A stretch of 64,000 bases of DNA from Nanobdellota archaeon (GCA_038046005.1 JBBSXB010000001.1:96001-160000), one strand, 5' to 3'. Shown: positions 48,091-57,532, counted from the first letter of the stretch. The notes: generated from the letters alone by a model not told the origin. Program-made: numbers and translations.

Positions 48091-48476
48091 TTGATGCTTC
48101 GGTAATTGTAAAATGGTTTGTTAGTGAAAAGGATTCTGACAAGGCTGTAAAAATAAGGGATGAGCATGTTGCAGGAAAAACTCTTCTAATAGCCCCAGAA
48201 TTAGCATTTATTGAAGTTCTCAATGCCTTAAAATACAAAGGAGTGAGCGAGGAAAAACTTCTTGAAGTTAATAAATCGCTTTGGGATTTACAATTAAAGA
48301 TAGAGAATATTCGCGCTTCCTTACTAGATAAGGCAATCAATTGCTCTTTAAAAAATAAAATAACCCTTTATGATGCTATTTATGTGGTTTTGGCGCAAAT
48401 GTTTGGCAGTGAATTAATAACTGCAGATTCAGAGCTTTATAAAATTCCAAATGTTGTTCCTTTGGAAAAGGCCTAA
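48069..48476 (+). CDS. VapC PIN-domain toxin
   Basis: VVDASVIVKW, EVLNAL, YDAIYV and LITAD. Confidence 0.92.
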   Translation: MEKQKKVVDASVIVKWFVSEKDSDKAVKIRDEHVAGKTLLIAPELAFIEVLNALKYKGVSEEKLLEVNKSLWDLQLKIENIRASLLDKAINCSLKNKITLYDAIYVVLAQMFGSELITADSELYKIPNVVPLEKA

Positions 48477-48559
48477 GATTTTTTGTTACAACTTTTTTGC
48501 TCAAAATTTGCCCAGCTAAAAAAAAAAACATTTATATACTTTTAATTTGTAGATAAGTT

Positions 48560-50563
48560 ATGAAAAGAGGGAGTAGATTATTTCTTGGTGTTGTAATTTT
48601 ATTAGTAATTTTATCATTATCTGTTGTTTCTGCGTCATGGTTTTCTGATGTGTGGGGAAAGATTACCGGGCAGCCTGTTAAAGTTGTAGATGATGGAAGC
48701 TTTGTTGGTTCAACAGCATCAACACCGTCTTGCACTGATTCTGATGGTGGGTTGAATTATATTTTGAAAGGAACTGTTTATGGGCAGGATACAAATTCTA
48801 CTAACTATATTATAAATGATTCTTGTTCAGGCAACTCTGTGGTCGAATATTATTGTAATCAGAATACTTCAAGCTTTGCTGCTGTGACTTATGCCTGCAC
48901 TAATTTAGGAGCAAATTATGTTTGTAGTAATGGGGCTTGTATAAATAGCAGTCAAACAAATACTACATCCTATTTTGACTTGGCAACGACGGCAATTACA
49001 TTTTCAGATAACACTCCTGAAGTTGGACAATTAGTTATGATTACTAAAACGGTAAAAAATCTTGGAAATGTTAATGGGTACATTACAGGAGGATCTGCTT
49101 CAACATGTCTTCTTGGTGATTCTAGTGGTTGTGCTGGAGGAGGTTGGGGTAGTAAGAGTCCGGGCGAATTAATTTTGGCTGGAGGAATAAAGTACGATTA
49201 TGAGAATTACACATTCAATAAAGCTGGTACATGGGAGTTAAAGAGAAGTTATAATGGGAAAGGCATTCATAACGAGACTGATATAAATTTGGCAAATAAT
49301 TTTAAAACAGTTTATATTAATGTTTCTGCAAATTCAACCCACGTAACATGCGCTGATAGTGATGGTGGTTATAATTATAATATTCAAGGAACAGCAACTT
49401 ATCAAGGACAAACTTATAATGACTACTGTGTTCAGAATGGAACGTATGCTGGCTGGGTTTATGAGTATGCTTGCAATAGTGGGGCTTTGGGAACGGGGGT
49501 TTACAATTGCGCTTCTAGTGGTGGTGTTTGTAACAATGGGGCTTGTGTGAGTTCCAACAATACTTTCAGTTGGAATCCTTTCTATTTGACTTACATATCT
49601 TATCCTGGTTCCTCCATTTTAGATGTTATATGGTTAGGAGATATCCAAACCTATTTGAGCAGTAAAAACATCCCTTCTTTGATTGTCGACAGCAAAAATG
49701 TTACTAGACAAAAAATATGGAATACTACTTCCGTGATTTCTGTCAATAAGAGCACGATTGTTGTTTATCCTGGAAACTGGATGTCGATCTTGTATGCGGT
49801 AGAAGCCGGAAATATTCAAACTTACCTTAAATCTTATGTTGATTCTCATTCAGGGTTTAGGACTTGTAATCAATTAATTAGTGCAGAAAGCTTAACAAGT
49901 GACAATTTCAATGACGCTTTTAGCCTATGTTCTTCTTGGTATGGATTTTCTTCAACATGTACCGTAACTTCGTCAGACGTTAAAGAAGTCCCTGAAGGAA
50001 CAACTAAATCAATTTTAGGTCTTAATGTTTATGTTGCTTCTGCTGACGAAAATAATCTGGTTTTGCGTGCAATGATAAGTGTGAATGGGCAATATTTTAA
50101 TCTGTCTACTGATCCCTTAGGTTCTGATTTATCTTTTAAAATCATCTCTGTTGATGGTGGAATAAATTGGTATAGGATTGATCTGGTTTCAGCTTCAGAT
50201 ACAATGGCCACAATTAAAGTTGGTTCTTGTGCTTCAAGTGATATGACTTTATCTTGTTCCGACTCCGACGGAGGATGGTATCCGTATGCAAGAGGAACAG
50301 CAACAGTGGGAAGCAACCCTGAATTAAGGTATACTGATTTTTGTTTGGCTAATGGTTCTAGTAACACTTTGCATGAATATTCGTGTTCCGCTGATAATAT
50401 TCTGGCTGGTGGAGATTTTGCATGCCCATATGGGTGTTTAAATGGAGTATGCAAGACAAATCCTCAATCAAAATGCACTTTCTTCGGAAGGATCTTTAAA
50501 TCTGCTGCATGTAAAGCTGCTGTTGCTGCAGAGAAAAGCACAGGGTCTGATCTGAATAATTAA
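48560..50563 (+). CDS. Large secreted Cys-rich surface protein with three CxDSDGG modules and a CARDB/Ig-like domain
   Basis: Signal peptide plus ITG motif; CTDSDGG, CADSDGG and CSDSDGG modules each ending in C..G.C; DLA....KTVKNLG...NN; many NxS/T sequons. Confidence 0.8.
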   Translation: MKRGSRLFLGVVILLVILSLSVVSASWFSDVWGKITGQPVKVVDDGSFVGSTASTPSCTDSDGGLNYILKGTVYGQDTNSTNYIINDSCSGNSVVEYYCNQNTSSFAAVTYACTNLGANYVCSNGACINSSQTNTTSYFDLATTAITFSDNTPEVGQLVMITKTVKNLGNVNGYITGGSASTCLLGDSSGCAGGGWGSKSPGELILAGGIKYDYENYTFNKAGTWELKRSYNGKGIHNETDINLANNFKTVYINVSANSTHVTCADSDGGYNYNIQGTATYQGQTYNDYCVQNGTYAGWVYEYACNSGALGTGVYNCASSGGVCNNGACVSSNNTFSWNPFYLTYISYPGSSILDVIWLGDIQTYLSSKNIPSLIVDSKNVTRQKIWNTTSVISVNKSTIVVYPGNWMSILYAVEAGNIQTYLKSYVDSHSGFRTCNQLISAESLTSDNFNDAFSLCSSWYGFSSTCTVTSSDVKEVPEGTTKSILGLNVYVASADENNLVLRAMISVNGQYFNLSTDPLGSDLSFKIISVDGGINWYRIDLVSASDTMATIKVGSCASSDMTLSCSDSDGGWYPYARGTATVGSNPELRYTDFCLANGSSNTLHEYSCSADNILAGGDFACPYGCLNGVCKTNPQSKCTFFGRIFKSAACKAAVAAEKSTGSDLNN

Positions 50564-50626
50564 AAATTAATTCTTAGACCTTACTTATTTTAAAGAATAA
50601 TAAAAAATAAAAATAAAAAAGCGTTT

Positions 50627-50773
50627 TTATTTGGCTGTGATTTTAAGTACACCAATTACAACAAACGCAAGCATCGTGAGCCAACCTCCTAATGTACCTA
50701 CGCTAACTCCAATTAAAGGGAGCAACATAAGGATACCGATAAGAAGGAATAGCCATCCGGTTATTTTGTGCAT
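50627..50773 (-). CDS. 48-aa two-helix hydrophobic protein (not in ORF track)
   Basis: MHKITGWLFLLIGILMLLPLIGVSVGTLGGWLTMLAFVVIGVLKITAK; AAGGAGGAG SD; paralog of 28164-28331. Confidence 0.8.
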   Translation of the reverse strand: MHKITGWLFLLIGILMLLPLIGVSVGTLGGWLTMLAFVVIGVLKITAK

Positions 50774-50888
50774 TTTATCTCCTCCTTTCAACCTCTTGTT
50801 ATAGTTATAGGGGAAACTCTATTTATATGCTTTTTGCTCTTTGGAAGTTAGGAGGTAATTTTTTAAATTATGATTATTAGAAAGTATT

Positions 50889-51686
50889 ATGTTTATTGTC
50901 AAAGTTCCTGGAGTTAATGGCGGAAAAGACTGCGAGAAGGCGGGAAACGCCATTATAGAGAAACTTTCTGCATTCGGAAGCAATGAGCAAGGCAAACTAA
51001 TTGACAAGAATTTGTTAGATATAGAGGAAATTCATGTTAATAATAAAGATTTGGAACTAACTAATAAGTTAATTTATGAAAATGCTTTGGAAACTTTTGA
51101 GGCGAAGCCAAAATCTATTTTTTTGGGTGGTGATCATTCTATAAGCTACTCTTTGGTCAGAGCTTTTCTGAATTATTGCAGAGATGAAAGCAAAGAGCCT
51201 TGTTTGATAGTTTTTGATTCAAATCCAAATTGCGAGGTACCAGATAATTTTCCCAACAATAGGCAATGGCTTAGAAAAGTTATAGAAGCTGGTTTTCCAA
51301 AAGAAAATGTATTGCTTGTTGGGGTCAGGAATTCCGGAAGAGAGGAGCTAATCTTCTTAAAGGATAAAAAAATTAAAGTGATAGACACTAATAAACTCAC
51401 TCTTGATATTGAGAATATCTGTGACACTATCATGGAATTTTCAAATAGAAAAGAGCTGTATCTTTCAATAGACATTAGTGTTATTGACCCTGCCTTTGCT
51501 CCGTCCACTTCTTTTAATGAGCCGGGAGGTTTAACAAGCAGGCAATTTATTTATCTAATCCAAAGACTGAATAAAGTTAATGGGCTTAGGGCTGTTGATA
51601 TTGTCGAAATTAACACTCAGAAGGATAAAACAAACGGCAATATTACAGCCAATCTTGGCGCTAAAATTTTAGGGGAGTTTTTATGA
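50889..51686 (+). CDS. Arginase/agmatinase-fold protein with a degenerate metal site
   Basis: GGDHS, DSNPN (for DAHxD), SIDISVIDP (for SxDxD), EPGG and DIVEIN. Confidence 0.85.
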   Translation: MFIVKVPGVNGGKDCEKAGNAIIEKLSAFGSNEQGKLIDKNLLDIEEIHVNNKDLELTNKLIYENALETFEAKPKSIFLGGDHSISYSLVRAFLNYCRDESKEPCLIVFDSNPNCEVPDNFPNNRQWLRKVIEAGFPKENVLLVGVRNSGREELIFLKDKKIKVIDTNKLTLDIENICDTIMEFSNRKELYLSIDISVIDPAFAPSTSFNEPGGLTSRQFIYLIQRLNKVNGLRAVDIVEINTQKDKTNGNITANLGAKILGEFL

Positions 51687-52207
51687 CGCGAACTTTCATA
51701 TCAATAGATTTGCCTGAAAATGTTAAGAAGGAAGTGCAAAAAATTCAAAATCAATTACCGGAATTTTTTGGGAAGAAAATAGAACTGGGCAATTTGCATT
51801 TAACCCTTAAATTTCTTGGTGAGATTGATGAAGAAAAAATCAAACTTGTGAAAGAGAAACTCAAAATAATAAACACTTCAAGTTTTGACTTAGAACTAGA
51901 TGAAATTGGAGTTTTCTCCCCCCATCATATTAGAATAGTTTGGCTTCACATTAAAGGGGCTGACGAATTACAAAAAGTTGTTGACAGTGTTTTGGGAGAG
52001 ATATTCAAACCAGAAGAAAGATTTATGGGACATCTGACTATTGCAAGAGTTAAGAATATTAAAAGTAAAAAAGAATTTTTGGAAAGCCTGAGAAAAATAG
52101 AAATACCGAGAATAAAATTCAAAGCACATTGTTTTAGACTTATGAAGTCAGAATTAAGGCCAGATGGCCCAATTTACAGTGTTCTAGAAGAATATAAGTT
52201 GAAATAA
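51683..52207 (+). CDS. thpR: RNA 2',3'-cyclic phosphodiesterase (2H family)
   Basis: RTFISI, HLTLKFLG and HLTIAR. Confidence 0.92.
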   Translation: MTRTFISIDLPENVKKEVQKIQNQLPEFFGKKIELGNLHLTLKFLGEIDEEKIKLVKEKLKIINTSSFDLELDEIGVFSPHHIRIVWLHIKGADELQKVVDSVLGEIFKPEERFMGHLTIARVKNIKSKKEFLESLRKIEIPRIKFKAHCFRLMKSELRPDGPIYSVLEEYKLK

Positions 52208-52308
52208 AAAATAATAAAGCATTTTGTCTTTTATATGATTGTTGAATTCTAAAATATATATTGCAGTATATAGCTTATTATAAACATAAAAAGTTTTTCT
52301 TTATTTTA

Positions 52309-52557
52309 ATGGATGAAGAAAGAGACAAACCTGGTGGAATGGAATGCAAGGTTATCAAGATTGATGATACTAGTGCAGTTGTTTTTGCTGGCATTGATTC
52401 AATTTTTTTCTCCCAGTGGTATGCCCAATTACAAACCTTTAGAAATTATGGCGGATTTCAATCGCACATTCATCCAGAAGTAGAAAAAATAGTGCGGTCA
52501 GGATTTAACATTAACAAATATTATCTTAACAGTAACGATGTTTGGACAGCTTCCTAG
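52309..52557 (+). CDS. Hypothetical protein
   Basis: ORF from the ATG at 52309 with a TATA-like sequence upstream; no motif recognised. Confidence 0.4.
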   Translation: MDEERDKPGGMECKVIKIDDTSAVVFAGIDSIFFSQWYAQLQTFRNYGGFQSHIHPEVEKIVRSGFNINKYYLNSNDVWTAS

Positions 52558-53231
52558 TAATTATCATTAATTATTCTGAAAATTTCCGCCTTTTTTCCAA
52601 TAATCTCTTGAAGCTCTTCTAATGGAGAATTAAAAATTTCGTGCAGTGTTTTGTATTTTTCAAGAAGTTTTTTTGCTGTTTTTGGGCCAATGCCCGGAAA
52701 ACCTTCAAGAATAAACTGCATTTGCTCTTTTTTATTCAGAGATTTCTTTTTTACATTTAGAGACATTTCTGATTCTTTCTTTTTTGCAAGCAAGAAAATA
52801 AATTTGGCAGTGTCTTCAGAATTTTTTGAAAAGATTATTGGGACTTTGTGTTTTAAAACTATTGAAAGCAAAAAACCTCTTATGGCATTTCCATTTATTC
52901 CTTCAGCGTCGTCATTGTAAAGTTCTTTTTCGTCCATTCCTTCTATTATCAGAAGTCTATTGGGATATTGTCCTAGCTCTTCTAATTGTTTTAATAATCT
53001 TTTGTTTATCATTGAAGAAATAAAATCCGAAACTGTCTTTCTTTCAATAGCGACGTTATTAACAATATAGTCTGCAACTTTTAATTCTTTAACTTCAACA
53101 TCTATCCCTAAAGAAATTAGTTCGGATATAACCAGCGAGTTTTTCTCTCTATAATCTGCAATTATTTTTAATTGCTCTTTTATTATTTTTTCTGGCCTTT
53201 TGGAAAAAATATCCAAGAATTTTGGGGTCAT
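52554..53231 (-). CDS. ERCC4/XPF nuclease plus HhH (C-terminal half of a split Hef)
   Basis: IADYRE, VADY, AIERKT..DF and FPGIGPK. Confidence 0.92.
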   Translation of the reverse strand: MTPKFLDIFSKRPEKIIKEQLKIIADYREKNSLVISELISLGIDVEVKELKVADYIVNNVAIERKTVSDFISSMINKRLLKQLEELGQYPNRLLIIEGMDEKELYNDDAEGINGNAIRGFLLSIVLKHKVPIIFSKNSEDTAKFIFLLAKKKESEMSLNVKKKSLNKKEQMQFILEGFPGIGPKTAKKLLEKYKTLHEIFNSPLEELQEIIGKKAEIFRIINDNY

Positions 53232-53758
53232 TTTAAAAATTTCAGCAATTTATCTGCTGTTTCATTTATTGACAAGTTGGTTGTATTTATCTCTATATCA
53301 TACTGTGATTTGTCTAAAAAATTAATTTTGTAGTACTTTTTAAATTGGGCATATGTCTCGTTTAATCTATTCTTTAACAATTTTTGCATCTCTTCTATTG
53401 TTTTGCAATAAGGCTCATCTTTCCTCTGGTCATTAAAAATTCTTTCTGCCCCAATTTTTTCACTAACTTCTAAAAAAATCTTTTTTGAATTTTGGATAAA
53501 GTGGTAGGCTATCCATCCTTCAATTATAAAATTATCTTTTGTTTTTCCAATCTCAATAGTCTTTTTATCTGCTTCTTTATGGGCCCAACTTTCCCTTTCA
53601 CCAATTTTGTTCAATTCATCAATTGTAAGCCCCTTTTCCGTCGCTATCTCTCCTCTCAACTCGCCTATAGAAATAAATTTGTAGCCAAGTCTTTTTGCCA
53701 GCTCTTTTCCAACACTTGTTTTTCCCGCCCCCTGTTTTCCAGAAATCGTTATTATCAT
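53228..53758 (-). CDS. cmk: Archaeal-type cytidylate kinase
   Basis: ITISGKQGAGKT, IIEG, R..KYY.I and YDIEINT. Confidence 0.85.
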   Translation of the reverse strand: MIITISGKQGAGKTSVGKELAKRLGYKFISIGELRGEIATEKGLTIDELNKIGERESWAHKEADKKTIEIGKTKDNFIIEGWIAYHFIQNSKKIFLEVSEKIGAERIFNDQRKDEPYCKTIEEMQKLLKNRLNETYAQFKKYYKINFLDKSQYDIEINTTNLSINETADKLLKFLK

Positions 53759-55305
53759 AATGTTTTTTGTTCTTCTTGTTTATTTTTTAATCCTAAAGAT
53801 TCTTTTATGCTGCTTATCGCTGCGTGCATTTCTCTCTCTTTTGATCTTGAAACATAATAAAATGCCTCGTCCCTTGTCCCTTTTGTTATGAGTATTATAA
53901 GTTTTCCTTTTATTAACCTGGCTGTTCTTCCTGCTCTTTGAATTGATCTTATCGCCGAAGGTACTGGCTCGTAAAAAATCACCCCATTAACTTCCGGGAT
54001 GTCCAATCCTTCTTCTCCGATAGATGTTGCGCATAAAATATTTACCTCGCCCCTTTCAAATTCAGATATTATTCTTTTTTGATCTTTTTGACTTAATCCA
54101 GAGCCTGACTTTTTTGCTTGCCCGACGAAAACCCTTGCCCTTATTCCATGAATCTTGTTTAGGCCATTTGTTATCTCCAAAGCGGTGTCTCTAAATTGTG
54201 CAAAAACAATCATCTTGAAATTTTCGTTTGATTTTTGTTCACTTGTGATAATATCCCGTAATATCTTCATTTTAGGATGCTCAAAATCTTTGGCTAGAAG
54301 TTCATTCACCTTTGAATAAACAAAATTGAATTCCTGCTTTGAGACGAGTTTAACTACTCCTTTGCTTTGTTTTTTTGCGGCTTGCTCGAATAACGCCTTT
54401 AGATATTTATTCAGACTTGGAAGAGTCTGGGTTTCTAATAATTCTAAAGCATGCTGTAACTTGATTGCTTGGGCACATGCACTTGCTCCCAACAAATATT
54501 GGAAGTTTTTATTGCCTCTGGCTATTGTGGCAAAAATTTTCTTTTGCAGATTAATGAGCCCTATTTTTGTTGCCGGGCCAAACAAGACTTTTCTGAGCCT
54601 TAATTCTTCCACATACTCTTCATAAATTTTCTTTAAAACATGTCTTAATTCTTGCAGTTCTGTGGGAAAGTCTATTAAGACTTTTTCGAATTTTAGCTCT
54701 TGGAGGTATATTCTTACATCTTCACTTTCTCTTGTCCTTAATTCTACAGCTTCTATGGCGAGGTTTTTGCATATATCTCTTATCTTTTGAGCCTCTGATC
54801 CTGGGGAGGCTGTTAATCCTATTATTCTTGGATGTTTTGCTTCTTCTATGTATCTCTTTGCTATGAAATTATAGTCATAATTTCTTATGCATCTATGTGC
54901 CTCGTCTTCAACGAGAAGGCAAACTTCCTTTAAATTATACAATTCATTTTTTAAATCATTTGCAATGCATTGTGGCGTTGAGAAAATTATATTGGCATTT
55001 TCCCAAATTTTTCTTCTTAAATTAGGCTCTACAGATCCTGTGAAAAGCTGGAGTTCTGCAAAAAGTTCTGTAAGATGTTTTCTAAAATAATTTAAGTGCT
55101 GTTCTGCAAGAGGTTTTGTGGGAGCTAAGAAAACTATTTTTTCTTCAGGGAATTTTTGTAACCTTTCTACTACCAACATCAGCGCTATAAGTGTCTTACC
55201 CAGTCCTGTTGGGAGAACCACAAGGCAATTTTTTTCGGAGCAAGTTTGATATATAGATTTTTGATATTCTCTTGGTTCTATTCCCACAAGAAATTTTGTT
55301 GGCAT
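53755..55305 (-). CDS. Hef/FANCM-like SF2 helicase (N-terminal half of a split Hef)
   Basis: PREYQ, LPTGLGKT, DEAHR, TASPG, EEGLDIP and QRAGRTAR. Confidence 0.93.
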   Translation of the reverse strand: MPTKFLVGIEPREYQKSIYQTCSEKNCLVVLPTGLGKTLIALMLVVERLQKFPEEKIVFLAPTKPLAEQHLNYFRKHLTELFAELQLFTGSVEPNLRRKIWENANIIFSTPQCIANDLKNELYNLKEVCLLVEDEAHRCIRNYDYNFIAKRYIEEAKHPRIIGLTASPGSEAQKIRDICKNLAIEAVELRTRESEDVRIYLQELKFEKVLIDFPTELQELRHVLKKIYEEYVEELRLRKVLFGPATKIGLINLQKKIFATIARGNKNFQYLLGASACAQAIKLQHALELLETQTLPSLNKYLKALFEQAAKKQSKGVVKLVSKQEFNFVYSKVNELLAKDFEHPKMKILRDIITSEQKSNENFKMIVFAQFRDTALEITNGLNKIHGIRARVFVGQAKKSGSGLSQKDQKRIISEFERGEVNILCATSIGEEGLDIPEVNGVIFYEPVPSAIRSIQRAGRTARLIKGKLIILITKGTRDEAFYYVSRSKEREMHAAISSIKESLGLKNKQEEQKTL

Positions 55306-55336
55306 TTCTCAGAAAAATTGTTATAGTATAAATAGA

Positions 55337-55564
55337 TTATTCTTTCCTAACTATTGCATAAATTATCAAAATTGTCGAACAAACAACTAGAAGCAATCCG
55401 ATTACTGAAACAAGATCGAATGGCGTCGAGCCGTTTGAAACATAATTTCCAGTAACTTTCCCTGTAAGATAGCTTTCATTTAAGAAATAAAACCCTCCTA
55501 AAAGGGCTAAAACTCCAAATGCTGCCACAACGCTTCTTTTCTCAAAAAAACTTTTGTTTGTCAT
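55337..55564 (-). CDS. Small two-TM protein
   Basis: Two hydrophobic segments around LTGKVTGNYV. Confidence 0.6.
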   Translation of the reverse strand: MTNKSFFEKRSVVAAFGVLALLGGFYFLNESYLTGKVTGNYVSNGSTPFDLVSVIGLLLVVCSTILIIYAIVRKE

Positions 55565-55565
55565 G

Positions 55566-56192
55566 TTATATCAGTAAAAAAGCATATCCTAATCCTATTA
55601 AAGTCAGAATTGCTAAGAAACTCCAGAGCACAATGCTCCCGAAGAATATCTTATTTCCGTCAAGGTCTGAGATTGGAAGCATATTGAAGAAAGCATAGAA
55701 TATGCTTATTCTTGCAAAGCTTTCAAAGCCTAGAAGATATCCAACTAGAGCGAAAAATAAGGTAGCAAAAATTCCTGCTGCGGCGATTATTCCTATGTGC
55801 CCTTCAGTCATTTCAGAGAAAGCATAGATTCCCCATCTTTTGGCTGTTCTTGAAACATTTGCCTTTACCTCAAAGATTAGGGAAGCGAGCCAGTAGACTT
55901 TTCCAACGGTTATGAACACTATAAGCAAGGGGAAGATGATTCCTGCTGGAATTGGTTTTCTGAACATTTGGGGGGGTTTAAACCCATATCTGCTTATTTC
56001 CCAGAGCTTAATGTCTATTCTGGAGTCAAGAATGAAAGCGGTTATTTTTTTAACTAAACTGTTTATCAAAATTATCACAAAAACTATAAGAAGAACGGTG
56101 AAAAAAGATTTCAGCGACGTTAATAGTGTAATTGTAAATGCTAAAACTACAGATGCCAACACCACAAAACTGATTTCTTTTACATTCATCAT
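55566..56192 (-). CDS. M50/S2P-like membrane protein lacking HExxH
   Basis: IAAAG and AFFNMLPISDLDGNKI; INSLVKK in place of HExxH. Confidence 0.7.
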   Translation of the reverse strand: MMNVKEISFVVLASVVLAFTITLLTSLKSFFTVLLIVFVIILINSLVKKITAFILDSRIDIKLWEISRYGFKPPQMFRKPIPAGIIFPLLIVFITVGKVYWLASLIFEVKANVSRTAKRWGIYAFSEMTEGHIGIIAAAGIFATLFFALVGYLLGFESFARISIFYAFFNMLPISDLDGNKIFFGSIVLWSFLAILTLIGLGYAFLLI

Positions 56193-56288
56193 TATAAAGC
56201 TAGTTTTTAGTTTTTTATAAATTTTGTTATTGAATATCTTATAATGCATTACGGAAAAGTATTTAAATAAATAAATAGTGAATTTTAT

Positions 56289-56570
56289 ATGCGATTAAGA
56301 AAAATAAGTGAAGTTATAGGACTTAAGGTGTTTACAGATTCTGGTGAATACTTTGGAGAGGTCGAAGAAGCCAATCTTCTTGAAAACAAGATCGATGGTT
56401 GGAGGATAAGAGTTGGTGGATCTGTTACTTCTTTGATTGGTGGCGCAAGAGGAGTTATAATTCCTCACCATTTCGTCAAAGCTATAAGTGATGTTTTCAT
56501 TATAAGCAAAACCGCTCTTCCAAACCCCATAGAATCTGAAATGGATGAAGTTCCTGAAGAAATGCTTTAA
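56289..56570 (+). CDS. PRC-barrel domain protein (CdpB-like)
   Basis: GLKVFTDSGEYFGEVEE..GVIIPHHFVKAISDVFIIS. Confidence 0.88.
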   Translation: MRLRKISEVIGLKVFTDSGEYFGEVEEANLLENKIDGWRIRVGGSVTSLIGGARGVIIPHHFVKAISDVFIISKTALPNPIESEMDEVPEEML

Positions 56571-56644
56571 CAAAGAGAGGTATTTGCTAAAAGCTTAGTA
56601 TATTTGAAAAGATATAAATAGTGAGCCTACATTTTTTAAACATA

Positions 56645-57142
56645 ATGGCAGACAATATTTTACAGAGTCCTGTTCTTACGAATTTTATATATCCATTTTT
56701 GCTGATATTTTTCATAGCTTTTGCCATACTCGAGAAGACAAAAATTTTCGGAAGTGATAAAAAACAAGTTAATGCATTTACTTCTTTAGTTATTGGGTTG
56801 ATTTTTGTTGGGGCTATTTTTCCAAAATACATAGTAACTAATTTAGTTCTATTTTTGTCTGTTGGATTGGTCATAGTATTTGTTGTTCTTCTACTCTGGG
56901 GATTTATAACGGGTGGTGAGGCTAAATTTGAAGGAAAAGGCATAAAGATTGGTGCAGGAATAGTTGTTATTCTTGCTGTTGTTATTGCTCTGTTTTTGAT
57001 TACTGGAATATGGGATGACGTCATCAATACTTTATTCAAACAAAGCTGGAGCAGTGATGTTTGGAGCAATATAATACTCGTAGTTTTGATAGCTGCAGCG
57101 TTAGCTATTGTTTTATCTAGCAGCAAGAGTGGTGAGAAGTAA
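56645..57142 (+). CDS. Multi-pass membrane protein, paralog of 57655-58221
   Basis: PFLLIFFIAFAILEK..IF...QVNA..SLVIGL. Confidence 0.7.
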   Translation: MADNILQSPVLTNFIYPFLLIFFIAFAILEKTKIFGSDKKQVNAFTSLVIGLIFVGAIFPKYIVTNLVLFLSVGLVIVFVVLLLWGFITGGEAKFEGKGIKIGAGIVVILAVVIALFLITGIWDDVINTLFKQSWSSDVWSNIILVVLIAAALAIVLSSSKSGEK

Positions 57143-57208
57143 TTTTGGATTAGATTTGGATAGTTTATAGAAATAAGTGATTGGATTTGATGGGATATTT
57201 ATCTTTAA

Positions 57209-57532
57209 CTAAACTTCAATTTCAATATTCCAATCCATAGGGATAAGAGTTAGGTTTATTTTATGGTCAAAAAGCTTTTTCTTTTTCCAATTTTGCAATT
57301 CGGTTTTTATTTCTTTTATTAATTTGTCACGGTTTTCTATTTTATGCGCACTCATTCGAATAAAAATTTCAATTGGTGCAATCTTTACCTTAATTTTAGA
57401 TGAATTTGCATAAACAAAAACATCATTAATATTGGTAGATTTTGAAACAATCTTTTGTATAGCTTCTGAGAGCGATAATATTTCCTGTTCCTCTAGTCTT
57501 TCATCGTTATACTCAATATTGATCATTGGCAT
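57209..57532 (-). CDS. Tautomerase/CHMI-fold-like protein
   Basis: MP.I.IEY N-terminal proline and beta-alpha-beta pattern. Confidence 0.5.
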   Translation of the reverse strand: MPMINIEYNDERLEEQEILSLSEAIQKIVSKSTNINDVFVYANSSKIKVKIAPIEIFIRMSAHKIENRDKLIKEIKTELQNWKKKKLFDHKINLTLIPMDWNIEIEV

